DNA of 42,509 nt from Octopus bimaculoides (GCF_001194135.2 NC_068987.1:3760817-3803325); one strand, 5' to 3'; counted from the first letter of the stretch, positions 1 through 11,989 are shown. The notes: generated by a model not told the origin, from the letters alone. Made by a program: numbers and translations.

Positions 1-528
1 TGAAGAGTTAAAATTTCATCGGTTGGTGGTAGGAATTTTAAAAAAAAATTCAGCGTAGGCACCTACTTAAACAGACCCTGTAAGTAGGTACCTATTCTGA
101 ATATTAAGCACACCCAAATGACCAGGAAATAGTGTTTAAAGAGGACAATGATTTAAGTCTCACTGCTCCAAAAGAAAAAAGCCTGGAAAAGTGGTCGTTA
201 AAATGATGATGTTGTTGATGTCAATGATGATGATGATGCTCATGGAAATGATGACGATGCTCTACCCATTAGTTCTTGTACCTGTCGATTCAACAAAACT
301 ATGTTTACTTTCTCTTCAGGTTTGAAAGAATTTTGCTTTAACTTGGTATAACTATAAAGCCATTCCGTGGGGTCTTTGTCTACGATGTAGCATCAATAAT
401 GCCTCTTTGTTCCAACCAGAGGAAGACGAAACTCTGTGCTGCACCGACAAGAACATAGAAGCAAGACCATCTATGTAGCTCTCCAGCTGAGAAAAAGTAT
501 AAAAGGCATCTTGAATTGATAGTAGGGA

Positions 529-815
529 CCTTGGACAAGTCTCTTCATCTACAGTCCCGGGCTGACCAATGCCTTGTGAGTGAATTTGGTAAACGAAAAC
601 TGTATGGAAACTCGTCCTGTGTGTGTGTGTGTTTGCCCTCCACCACCATTTGACAGCCGATGTTAATTTGTTTACGTCTCTTCAATTTTGCGGTTCGGTA
701 AAACATATATTAATATGTTTAAGATAGGTACTGGGGTGGACTTGTTCGATTAAACCTTTAAAGGTGGTGCTCCAGCATGGCTGCGGTCAAATGACTGAAA
801 CCAATAAAAGATAAA
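529..815 (+). mobile_element. SINE family A copy, diverged and 5'-truncated; an opposite-strand copy follows at about 977-1255
   Basis: accttggacaagt...ccagcatggctgcggtcaaatgactgaaac matches family A. Confidence 0.75.
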
Positions 816-2124
816 AATACGGTGCGTCTGGGATCACTTTATCCATTGTGTCCTGTTTTATACATTAGGGTGTAACTAGAAGATTTGGCTGCTACTTCTA
901 GCATGCTGAGTAGCCATTCTGAATAAAGCTCCTTCGTTGGTTCGAATCCGACCGAAGTCAGCTTTACCTTTATCTGTTATCTTTTACTTGTTTCAGTCGT
1001 TAAACTGCGGCCATGCTGGGGCACCTCCTTGAAGAATTTTTAGTCGAAAGAATCGACCCTAGTCCTTTTTGTTTTTTAAGCCTAGTACTTATTCTGTCTG
1101 TTTGTTATGTTACGCGGACGTAAACACACCAACACCGATTGTCAAGCGGTAGAGATCAAAGATACATACACGACAGGCTTCTTTCAGTTTTCGTTTACCA
1201 AATCCACTCACAAGGGCTTTGGTCGACCCCAGGGCTATAGTGGAGGAGACTTGACCTAAGAGACTTTATGGCGTATCTTCAGACCCTAAGACCTGTTGGC
1301 CCATGGTGTCTTTAAAATATTGAGGGAGAAACCCAGGGTAACCCTATAAACTGTCCTTCACCAGTTTCTAAAAAAAACGGTATACACACACAAATGTAGA
1401 TATGCATATGTGAATATGTTTGTATCCCTCCACCGCTTGAACAACAGGTGTTTACGTCCCTGTGACTTCGTGGTTCGACATAAAAGAACGCTAGGTAGAG
1501 TAAGTACCAGACTTTGTCTTTAAAAAAATGACATTACATGGTCACTGTTATCATTATCCAGAAAAAGACAGGATGGTCACCAATGGAACATTTTCGTTTA
1601 TAGGTTTGTTCGATCATAAGCTATCGATTGATAGGATCGTTAGACCATGGGCTAAAATGTCTGCAGCCTTTAGTTGTAGCCTTCAACATTCTGAGTTCAA
1701 ATCAACCTGGAATTTTATTTTGCCATTAAACCTTCCAGTGGATTCAATATTCCTACAAAGCCCCCTGGAAGGGAATAGAATAACAGTAAAAGACCATTTG
1801 AGTAGATGTCGATCTAAACAACCCCTTCAGACAAGTCAATAAAAGACCGTGAAGGGTTCTTGAACATATTTCTTCCAGCGTACCCATTTATTTTTTCAAG
1901 CAGTGTTGGTGTGTCCCTTGAGATAAACATACAGGTACAACATCATTTTTTTTTTGGAACGTTTGATTCCAAATATTTTACGGATTACTGACTTTTCCGA
2001 ATCAAAGACGTTCACCATAGTCAACCCACTCTAAATTAAATAAATATTCAGTTTATTTGAATAATTATATACAGGTACCTCTACATTAGTGTAAACTGGA
2101 TCAGATTATTAGAGGTCCGGAAAG

Positions 2125-2288
2125 GTCGGTGTTGTTCTTGAATTGTCGAGGAAATCGACCCCAGGACTTATTCTTTGTAGGCCTGGTACTTATTCCATCG
2201 GTATCTTTTGCCGAACCGCCAAGTTACGGAGACGTAAACACACCAGCATCGGTTGTCAAGCGATGGTGGTGAGACAAACAGACACGAA

Positions 2289-2361
<73 letters not shown>

Positions 2362-2520
2362 GATATATACGACGGGCTTCTTTCAGTTTCCGTCTACCAG
2401 ATCCACTCAAGGCTTTGGTTTGTCCGAGGCTATAGTAGAAGGCACTTACTCAAGGTTTCACGCAGTGGGACTGAACCCGGAACCGTATGGTTGGGAAGCA
2501 AGCTTCTCATCACACAGCCA
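2125..2520 (-). mobile_element. SINE family A copy with internal (CA)n
   Basis: Reverse complement of the 21664-22040 copy. Confidence 0.85.
2290..2354. repeat. (CA)n microsatellite
   Basis: Read directly. Confidence 0.95.
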
Positions 2521-2737
2521 CGTTATTATTATATTTGGGGGTCAACGCGGTGAGCTGCGCTCCTTCCGGTTCTTCTGATTAAGTTCAATTTCCGCCGAGG
2601 TTAACTTTGCTTTTCGTCCCCCTAAGGTTGATCGAGTACCAGTCATGTTCTTGGGTCAACGTAATCTACTCATCACCCCCCACTCTACTATTAAATTACT
2701 AACCCTGTGCCATAATTTGAAACGTGTGTTCAGAATG

Positions 2738-2922
2738 AAGGCGACTAGCTGGCAGACTCGTTAACACGCCGGACAAAATGCAGAGGAGCATTTCTTCCGG
2801 CTCTTTACGTTCTGACTTGAAATCCTTCGCTTTTCATCTTTCCGGGGTCGATAAAACAACTCGATGTAATCAACTGTTACTCACCCCTTTAAATTGATGG
2901 CTTTGTGCCAAAGCTCGAAAGA
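2738..2922 (+). mobile_element. SINE family B (head gctggcagaatcgttagca; central cctttcatcctttcggggtcgataa domain, MetaSINE/OR2-like by recollection)
   Basis: The same motif recurs at about 870-970, 2530-2660, 8965-9125 (+) and 15085-15262, 20222-20390, 26160-26345, 32140-32260 (-). Family name is inferred. Confidence 0.75.
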
Positions 2923-3463
2923 ATTGTTATATTTGGAGTCATGGCTTCGAAACAAACGGTTTCTTTTTATATAAATGCTATTTTACTAAATCTGCGAAGC
3001 ACCTTTGAAAAAGTTGTCTGGGACAACTTTAAAATTCCGAGGCTTTTATGAACCTCACCGATCTCTATAATTTCTCTTGTGTACACGTGCCCCGGTTTGC
3101 AAACTCCAGCTCTACGTGATCGCTCAACCTGCAAGAAATAAGTCCAATCTTCCTCAAATCAGACCCTACTAATTTAAAACGGGAAGGACACATTGAATGA
3201 TAGAGTTCTAGCTATGAGAGGCCATGGTAGGAACGTCTTTGTTCGTAGGTCAGCTCGATCAGAGTTAATTTGTGATTGAACGACAATAAAGACCTTCTTA
3301 AATGTCTTAAAAGACGAGAGAACCTGTAGGCGGCCGTTAGAAGTCGCAGCCAAATTGCCCTCAAATCACATCCTACTAACTAGCTTCAAGCAAAAAGAAG
3401 ACACACTGTATAACGTGGTCCTAGGTATCAAGGATCACAACCGAAACTTCTGGATCCCTTGGG

Positions 3464-3596
3464 CACAAGCGTAGCTAGAGTGTGTGCCGCCCCCGGACCC
3501 CACAAAAAACACATATTGCCTACAGCAGAACCAAAAGTGGTGCCTCTTTACAAGTGCTGTCAGGGACGGACCGCCCTCCACCTAGCTACGCTAGTG
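3464..3596 (+). mobile_element. hAT-type MITE, 133 bp
   Basis: 15-bp TIR cacaagcgtagctag / ctagctacgctagtg (14/15). 8-bp TSD cccttggg / tccttggg. Confidence 0.8.
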
Positions 3597-4721
3597 TCCT
3601 TGGGGTTAAACGACTGGGGTTAAACAACTTTGCCTAAAGTGAGAATGAATTGAAATAATAAACATCCTTCAAAAATGGGACGTCAAAACGTAAATATCAA
3701 ATAAAGAAAGGCCGATTCCAATCATGATTTTAGAACGATACAAGATCAAAGACAGAGGTGGCACCCCATCAAGATAGGTAAATGACACAGGTGTGTCGTT
3801 TTCTAATGAGAAAATTTAAGTATGTAAATATGTCAGACGATATGTATCTGTTGGATGTGAGTTGGGTGTAAAGCATTAGGAAATAAAACCTATTCTCTAT
3901 GTATACATAGACACATACAAATATACATTCATATATACTTGTGTATGTGTGTTTTACTTTGTTACGTATTGGCTGTGTCCTTTTCGAATCATTTTAAAAG
4001 AAAATGTTTACTTAAATACTATTATAAACACACATAGCTATACTTAAACAAAAGTTCCTGGCACTCTAATATTTGTATGTATTTATATAATTACTTAAAC
4101 ATAGAATTTCTTAGAATCGAGGCTGCTATACGGTGTAAAGATTCTCGTCTTAGTTTCACAACTTGGCAGACTATTATAATTTCTTATATTAATAATGATT
4201 GCTTACATAACTTTGCAGGTATAATGAAAAATCGTTTGTAAATTAAATTTAAAATCAAAGAGTGTGAGCAGGCAAGAATATGAAGGAACTAAGAAATTCA
4301 AAGATTTCTTTGATTCTAAACCCAAACAATTTGCTCATATTAAAATCAGTTTACGGTAATGTGTAAAACTAAAAAGTCTAATAATGGTATAGCAGAATAA
4401 ATAAACATGGAATGTTTTACGCCATTTTTTACAGATATTTAGATATTTGACTTTGGAATACTTTGGAAATGGCTTTTGATTGTAAAGGAATTACGCACTA
4501 ATTAGCTGTTTAATTATATATTTAATGTCGTTTCGATTACTTGCATTGAGTAGCAAAAAGTTACAAACATATACACAATAAGTTTTGATCAAAATAATCA
4601 AAGAAATTGTTTGGATGAGAAAAACAAGAGAAAGAAATTCAGCAACTTTTTTAGAAAATAATACTTGACCCTTTTTTCTTTCTTATTTTGTTTTTGTTTT
4701 TGTTTAAGAGAAAGGACTTAC

Positions 4722-5044
4722 TTGTGTGATATTGGTTAGAGATGGATTAGTAATCGTAGATCCATTTGACCACATTTCATTGAAAACATTAAGACTGCGG
4801 CCTCTGGAGCTTAAGACCTGTATGGTATTATCCCATGGTTCAAGACTCTGTCCAATATTTGTGTTAAGAAAAGAACTAGAGGTAACAGATTGTGTTGAGA
4901 GTGAGTTTGTTGCCCATGTATCACTATACAACGACTGTCCATTTTGTGGAACCCCTTGGCTAGAATCCGTGATATACACCGTGAAAAGCTGTGCTGGTCG
5001 GAAGGGAGATGCATTTGTTTCTAGTGCTGCCAAAGACGTCATTA
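4722..5044 (-). CDS. Candidate exon of an unidentified gene, 107 codons from ATG at 5042, Ser/Thr-rich (33/107), three N-glycosylation sequons
   Basis: Longest non-repeat ORF in the left half (139 codons). Consensus donor CAA|gtaagt in phase 0. Branch-like actaac plus pyrimidines before a weak AAG acceptor. No homology recognised. Confidence 0.5.
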
Positions 5045-5375
5045 CTTCGGCACAATAAAAGTTAGTGGATGAGAAAAAATGACGAATGTTATTAAAAGCA
5101 AATCGAACGGCTAACTTAGCCAACTTTTAATGTATCATTCGTTCTTTCAAATGTATTGATAGTTCTCTCAAGAAAAGTATTAAATCTTGAGATTTTAAAA
5201 TGGTAAATTCAAGGACTATCATAAAGAATCATATTTGTTATTGCTAATTTCTAAGGAATCTTTAGTAACTCCATTTTTCTTTGCGATTTTCCTTATACAA
5301 TAGAAATGGACAGTAGTTCAGTGAGGTAGGGGAAGGAAAAGAGTGTTGCAGTCAGAAGCCACGCTAAAACTTTTT

Positions 5376-5385
5376 AGCCAATCAG
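5376..5385 (+). promoter_or_regulatory. CCAAT box (NF-Y consensus AGCCAATCAG), possibly the promoter of the 4722-5044 exon
   Basis: Exact consensus match in non-repeat sequence about 330 nt upstream of the candidate ATG. Function not shown. Confidence 0.25.
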
Positions 5386-5854
5386 TGTAAAGAATCTAAT
5401 CTTAAGAACAGATGCTGCAAAGTGAAAGCGAGACAAGAATAAGTAACAGAATCTAAAAGGATAGCAGAAGTAATTCTTCCTGGAAGCTGAAGCCCGTCGA
5501 AGAAATGTTATGTTTATGTAAGTTTTGAATAGAAAGTTTATTCTTAACGTTGACAAACGACAAAATGACTTCAAAAATATGTCATGCCCTAAAAATGGTC
5601 AAGTAGCACTTTACCTTCTCATTTTACACACTAGAAGTCGTTTTCATAACAACAAGTCAACTTTTAAGTGGCTGAAAAATTGTGTTTATTTTGATTTTAA
5701 GACCCATCGGTGCTGACGACTTTGGTATTATGACGATAATATGCAAAACTGAATTATTGCGTATTCTAAGATATTTATTTCTTTTCGGATTCTTATAATC
5801 TTTAACTGAGTAAGTATCCTTTTAAAACTATATGTATATATATTCTTGGTTCAG

Positions 5855-6105
5855 TTCTACTGCGCGTGGCACGTTTGGCGAGTGTCTTGTACTATAGCCT
5901 CGAGCCGACCAAAGCTTTGCGAGTGAGTGAGAGACCGTCGCTTGACAACTGGTGTTGGTGTGTTTACGTTCCTGTAAATTAGCGGTTCGGTAAAAGACTC
6001 CGATAAAATCTTTTAGAAAATAGGCTTAAAGAAAATAACGACTAAAAATTTTACAAGGCGGTGCCCCAGCATGACCGCAGACTGAAACAAGTAAACGATA
6101 AAAAA
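5855..6105 (+). mobile_element. SINE family A copy
   Basis: ctactatagcctcgagccgaccaaagc...gccccagcatgaccgcag...gaaacaagtaa. Confidence 0.8.
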
Positions 6106-7034
6106 TAAGGAAAACATATCCGTTAATCTCAGAGATTACGCGGTTTTGGTTTAGCAAAAGAAACAAATTTTACCAATTGGCATTTGAAACAGTTTTGGTA
6201 GACCTGCACAAGGACGCCCCCACCCGACTTAGTTTCCACAGAAGTTTCAGAAAAAGAAATTTTTTTTTCATGAAATTTTCTACCAACACCTTTCAGATGT
6301 AGATTGCGATTATATCAAAATATAATATTAAAAAACCCAAAAAGTTGAGCGAGCGCGCACACACATACTCACACACACAGCGTATAATTTTGCTCAAAAT
6401 TTCAAATGACGTTTTGTAGGTGTATATGTGACGTGTGATAATATGTGTATGTATTTAGGAATTGTATGAAAAAAATGTGAAAATATTTTGTGAATCGTAG
6501 AAGTATAACTGATTTATTGCAGATAAATTTTAACAACAAAATCTTATATGGAACCCCAAGGGCTATAGAGACCCCAGTTGAGAATCTCTAGAGTAGAAAA
6601 ATAAACGAAAGGGGAAATGAGGAAAGCTTGACAATGCAGAGAAGAAAGTTGATAAGGTTTGCATAGTTAGAAACTTTCTTCAATCCCCTTTTCGCCTATT
6701 ATTCTATTTCTATCCTACAATGCTTCAAGCAAACTACAACGCTTTTCTAGTTTTAGAAGGTTACAAAAGAACGCATAGACTTTTGTATATTTAAGAGGTA
6801 AATGTATTCCTTAATAGTCCTGGTTTAGTTGGATTAAATTATCGAGATTTTATACCGCGACGAAAATGTACTGTTCTAAAGAACTTTTTGGTTACCGTTT
6901 GTTGCTCTTTCACTTAAAATAGATTATGAATATGTATCTTATATTTAGGACCATGCCCTCGCTTGTGTACACCAGTGTGCTATGGGTTCCTCGAACGAAT
7001 CCTCTGCATAGACAACAGCGAACTGATGTTCGAA

Positions 7035-7079
<45 letters not shown>

Positions 7080-7082
<3 letters not shown>

Positions 7083-7225
7083 GGGCACTGCACACATCCT
7101 ACGCAAAACACTTTCAATACAGTAACCATAAGAGCACCACAGCAAACCACAGCACATACCCAAGGCACACAGAGCTGCGCTCGGTAGTGAAGTGAAAGCA
7201 CGTTATAGAAATAAAACTACTGAAC

Positions 7226-7265
<40 letters not shown>

Positions 7266-7416
7266 ATAATAATAATAATTGAGCAAGAATATAGATTTTG
7301 GAACAGAAATTGGAAAAATATGGAACCTCGAGACTAAAACAATACCTGTTGTCATTGGTGCCCTAGGAATGATAGCAAAAGGGGCTGATTGCTACCTAGC
7401 TCAGATACCAGGAAAG
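7080..7416 (+). mobile_element. Two Dong/R4-clade (RLE) LINE fragments set in (AAT)n: 3' end LGTAHILRKTLSIQ* with UTR (7080-7225), and KIWNLETKTIPVVIGALGMIAKGADCYLAQIPG (7281-7416)
   Basis: PVVIGALG and LLGTAHILRK are the C-terminal motifs of R4/Dong proteins. (AAT)n flanks at 7035-7080 and 7226-7280. Confidence 0.8.
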
Positions 7417-7824
7417 TCATTAATAGAGGACTGCAGATAGACGAAGAGGCATTGATGCGTTAAGTATGGCGATAAGATAAGAGACAAATGAGCATTGAGT
7501 TGGTTTAAGTTTAAATGAGCAAGTGTTAGTGAGTTCAGTCGAGGCACCAGTCTAGTATATTATCAATATAAAAGAAAAAAATTATCCACCAAAAGACACA
7601 ACGTTCTTGATATGAGAACAGTGCTCTGCTGTTAGATATAATCGTGTATTGTAAAGTGTTAGAACTGTTCGCGACTTTGAGTAACTTTTGGGTGCAGTGT
7701 TGAAGGTTTTTCCAGAATTCTTCATCAAAGGCTGTTTGACCTAAAAGATAAATGTAAGGAATATCTTAATTGTGCATCGTTGATACATTTTGAAAAAGCA
7801 ATGTTTTCTTTTTTCCTTCTAACT

Positions 7825-8050
7825 CTTTCCACTGTTTTTTCTTGATGTCCTTCGCTTCCTTTGGAGCATTAGCCATCGAATCGATGGCTTTTCTCCATTG
7901 TTTTCGACTCTGGGCCGTCCCTTCTGCGTCTCTTCAGTTGTATCCCACCTTTTCAGCTTCGCCTCAGTATCCTACACATGTCTCCTCAAAGGAAGCCCTT
8001 TCTTTCCCAAGCCTTGTTAGTTTTGAATTGTCATGGATGATTTTATAACG
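7825..8050 (-). mobile_element. RTE-clade LINE RT C-terminal relic
   Basis: Minus strand gives KVGYN*RDAEGTAQSRKQWRKAIDS, like the RTE end W..TAQ.R..WR..V. Confidence 0.6.
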
Positions 8051-9196
8051 TTGCTTTTTTTTTTCTAGGTAGGGTTATCGGCACTATGCAAAGAGACGGT
8101 CCTTATTAGTCTGTCGTCTTTCTTTTGGCTTGTCCAGTATGGGACGCCCTGCCATGAGCTCTCAGGGTTATTGAGGCCATAATAAGGTCTGTACCTTATG
8201 ACGGTCTTCTCAGTGTTGTATGGCTCAAATCAGGGGTTCTCAACCATTTTCTTTATCTATGAACCCCTTTGATTACTATTTTATTCTGGTGGATCCCCAT
8301 AGCCATTCAACGTTTAAAAACTAGTTTTAGAGATACTTCTTCCAAAATTCCTATTTTGTTTTTCACACAGGCTCAGGCAATAAATGATTGATTTTAGTTT
8401 GGCATTTTGTTCTTTATTTATTGCTGGGGAGGGAACCACAAATAATGCAAAGTTTCCAAGTCTTAAAAACTTGGGAGTTTTTTAAGTGAATGGATGAGAT
8501 TGTAAGGTTCATTGAGTATGGAAGGCATTTAAAGAGTACACTGTTTTGGAGAGGTTAGTGTTTAGTTCAGGCCATGCGCTTTCACTGGTATTTTTTGTTT
8601 TGAAAAGATTTTAATGCGTGTACATAGAAAGTAAAGAGAGACATTAGATAAACAGGATGATAAACAGATTTTTAATTCTAAAAAGAAAATCTAGAGAAAC
8701 TGATAAAGGATAGGCGCAAAGAATAAAAGCAAAAACGAAAAGCAGATAATTAGATGATGTTCTGATAAACCATTGAGAATCTTCTCTAATTCACTTTCAA
8801 ACAGCCACAAACATATGGTCTAAATTGTTAGACTCAAAATACATCGGTGAAGTTAAAATAACAGTAGTTATCTATTACAAACCACTGCACGATGAGATAT
8901 AACGTTTACAATGAAAACAACTGTTGGCACAGTTGTACAATTATTATTCATCAGTGCATCGAACAAAATGCTTAGCAGCATTTCTTCCGACTCTTTACGT
9001 TCTTAGTTTAGATGCCGCCAGAGTAAATTTTGCCTTTCATCTTTTTGGGATCGATAGAATAAGTACCAGTCGAGAAATAAGGTCGATGTGACCGGCTTAT
9101 CTCTTTCTCACTAAAATTGTGCAAAAATGAGAAATGATTATTGTTTGTTCAAAACTTGAGAGACGATCGTGTCTCAGCTGAGATGTTTTATATTAA

Positions 9197-9515
9197 CACA
9201 CAAAGCACAATAGGCCACGATCGTGGCCGTCAGGCACTGGTCGACAGGCCACGATCGTGGCCCAGATAGATGCATTTAATTTATGGACGTTTGTTGGGGT
9301 CTAATGTCTCTCAAACGCTCCGATACCCGCCAGAATGCAAGAGGACTAATAGTTCAGCTAATGACTTTTCAGATGATGTAAAACTTGCCACCATTATATG
9401 CTAAAACGATATTTTAACTATTTCTTTGTTTTTCATGTGTGCATGGTAGTCTCATTTTCATAAAATGTGCTCAGCAGTCCATGCTATGTAAGTGAAAATC
9501 CCAGCGCTTTATGGG
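9197..9515. mobile_element. piggyBac-type MITE with TTAA target duplication and two internal 16-bp palindromes
   Basis: TTAA at 9193-9196 and 9516-9519. TIR cacacaaagcac versus cccataaagcgc (9/12). Confidence 0.55.
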
Positions 9516-9667
9516 TTAAAGAAAAACCTGATAAGCTGTTTTTGTCAAAACATCAAAGTCTCAATCTCTGTGGTTTTGTCTAATAAAAGATTTTGAACCG
9601 ACTCGTGGATCCAATGCCTTTTCAGTGAATGTTACTTCTTGTTTGTAATATATAGTCTTTCTAACAT

Positions 9668-9990
9668 ACTCTTTTACTTGTTTCAGTAATGGATTGTAAC
9701 CACGCTGAGGCATTGCTTTGATGGGTTTTTAGTCGAACGAATCGATATTTTTTGCCGAACCGCTCATTTACAGGGACATAGACAAGCCAACATCAGTTGT
9801 CAACCGGTGGTAGGGGATAACATACACACACACACACACACACACGTATACAACTTCCTCATGATTTCCATCAACCACACGGCTATAGTCGGCCCGAAGC
9901 TTTAGAAGCCCCTTGCTCAAGGTGTCACGCAGTGGGACTGAACCTGGGCCGATGTGGTCGGGAAGTAAACTCCTTACCACACAACCATTC
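9668..9990 (-). mobile_element. SINE family A copy
   Basis: ttttacttgtttcagt...gcccttgctcaaggtgtcacgcagtgggactgaacc. Confidence 0.8.
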
Positions 9991-10559
9991 CTGCACCCCT
10001 CTCTCTCATTTTCTGTATGCACGTATGTATATGTACGTATGCATGCGTGTATGTGTGTATATCTATGTGTACGTATATGTGTTTGTACACATACACATAT
10101 CTGTATATAATATACAAACATAGACAGCGCCTATATCAAATAACTTCACGTAATAACGGTAGAAATTTTGATTCATTAAATAGAGATTAAATATATTATT
10201 TTTCACGAGAAATATATAAAAGTACTCTGGGCTATTTTAGCTTCGTCTTTGTATAAACTTCAACAGGAAGTAAAAAAAAGTAATAAAAGGTAAACCGCAA
10301 AATTATTTTGAAACATGAAACTCTTCAATTTACAAGATTCAAAAAGTTTCCGACGCGATCGAAGTTCGATTTTGTAAATACACTCAGTGTTCGAGTTACT
10401 TTTGGTATGACATTCTCTTCACGGAAAATCGTTAATAAGAGAAAGACAATCTATTTTAAGTGATAGAGTAGCAATATAAATGATGGATGGCGTATAAATG
10501 TTCAGCTTTTGCCGAACGATCTGCACAAATGATTTGTTTATAGTGATCAAGCGTATGTG

Positions 10560-10760
10560 CCGTACGTTGGCTCATTCTCTCCATCAAATCGACCTTGCCA
10601 GAACAGGCACACGGTGTGCCGCACATCAGATGCCGAAGCAATCACAGAGCAACGTGAGATGAAGTGCTTTGCTCAAGAACACAACGTACCACCTGGCCTA
10701 GGAATTGAAACCACGATTTCGTGATCATGAGTGCAACACAATAATCACTAGGCCATACGA
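10560..10760 (-). mobile_element. Further tRNA-derived SINE, family F
   Basis: Minus strand reads tggcctagtga...gtggtttcaattcctagg...gttcttgagcaaagcacttcatctcacgttgctc: A/B boxes and a CORE-like segment. Confidence 0.6.
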
Positions 10761-11124
10761 TATAATAATAGGCACTCTTTAATTATCGACGTCCAATGTA
10801 TTTTAATTAATAAAATAATCGGAGAGCAAAAATGTATGAAATTAAATGTTTTGTACAAAAAAAATTCTTTCACAGAAGAAAACAGTAATCCAATTCCTTG
10901 CTTTTTTCCTTCTACATGAAGTAGCGATCGTTATTCCAGAAGTCAGCTGATCACCCATCTCACGAGTATAATAGGTTATTTGTTAACCTTTCTCTCTACG
11001 AGAGAGAGTTTCTCAGATATTTTTTGAATGCGCGACCGACAGCTGTTGTTTGCCAACAGTGAAAGCAGGTAGAGTAGGCACGACACTGGCCCGTTAGTAG
11101 CTCACTTCCAATTTGATAAGGTTA

Positions 11125-11290
11125 ACAGTCCGCCTCGTCATGTTGTACACGCCAGCTGTTACAATAAGGACAGTCTGAAGATATTCGTGAGTATGGGTCA
11201 CGAGAGCGCAGCCGTCTTTCTGTATACTGCAGCTCCGGGACTCGCTCTTTTCAGAGTTCTATAATTGCATGGAACCGCCTGATGATAAAG
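11125..11290 (+). mobile_element. CR1/L2-type LINE RT C-terminal relic
   Basis: RLVMLY at 11131 and SIIAWNRL at 11258, both typical CR1-group end motifs. Confidence 0.45.
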
Positions 11291-11443
11291 CGCTCGATGT
11301 TTTATCCGACGTTCACTCTAATACTGTTGCCGTCCTTTATCTTGTTAGGAATCCTGATAACACAAGTGGAATATGTTAAAGAGTATTTATGCTACCACAC
11401 ACTGTTGTTTCATTCTTGTGCGCACAAAGAAGGGCTCGAACTC

Positions 11444-11607
11444 CGATAGAATAGCTAGGTGTTGAGGATAGCTGTCCCCACTGTAGGTGACGATTTTACG
11501 GGTGCAATACTTTCGGGTCTGCTGTATAGTCCTGTATAGGTGGTCGGGAGCAGAGTGGAAAACTCAAAGAGATGCCCTGAACGGCACACACTTTAGCTAC
11601 GCTACGG
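11444..11607 (-). mobile_element. Inverted, diverged copy of the same hAT MITE family, 164 bp
   Basis: ggcacacactttagctacgctac matches the reversed left end of the 3464 copy. 8-bp TSD tcgaactc / tcggactc. Confidence 0.75.
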
Positions 11608-11989
11608 TCGGACTCATCTTCCGATGGCCACCAGCGTTGCTATACCAGCATAGAGCTTGTGGGAGATCTTAACAAATTTACTGGAGACACCCCTGTAAGA
11701 GCTCTTTTTGGGCAATGTCGAATACTTGGAAATAACAAACACCACACATCTGGTTCTGATGCATAACTATTCTTCTTTATAGCCGTGAAACCTAGGCAGC
11801 CTATAGTCGTCACTTAGGTCGTTGGTGCGCTATCTGATGAGTTGCCTCCTGCTATCCAAGGAATTACTTGGGGTTAGCGTATACCACAAACTGAAATCAT
11901 TGCAAAACCTAACCCCCAAATTATTTTGCTCATAATTATTCAACTCCAACCGCGGTGGTTCCACTGCAAGGTGCAATTATTGTTGCGGT

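Noticed and set aside
2143-2553. ORFs with HT, CV, YI, LS or NNN repeats here and elsewhere
   Set aside because: Translations of microsatellites and SINEs; no coding signal.
4726-5058. Plus-strand 110-aa ORF with CPFC, an upstream pyrimidine tract and AATAAA at its stop
   Set aside because: No recognisable thioredoxin or zinc-finger context. Its Cys/Val/Arg content is what the antisense of a Ser/Thr-rich exon gives. Less likely than the minus reading but not excluded; stranded RNA-seq would decide.
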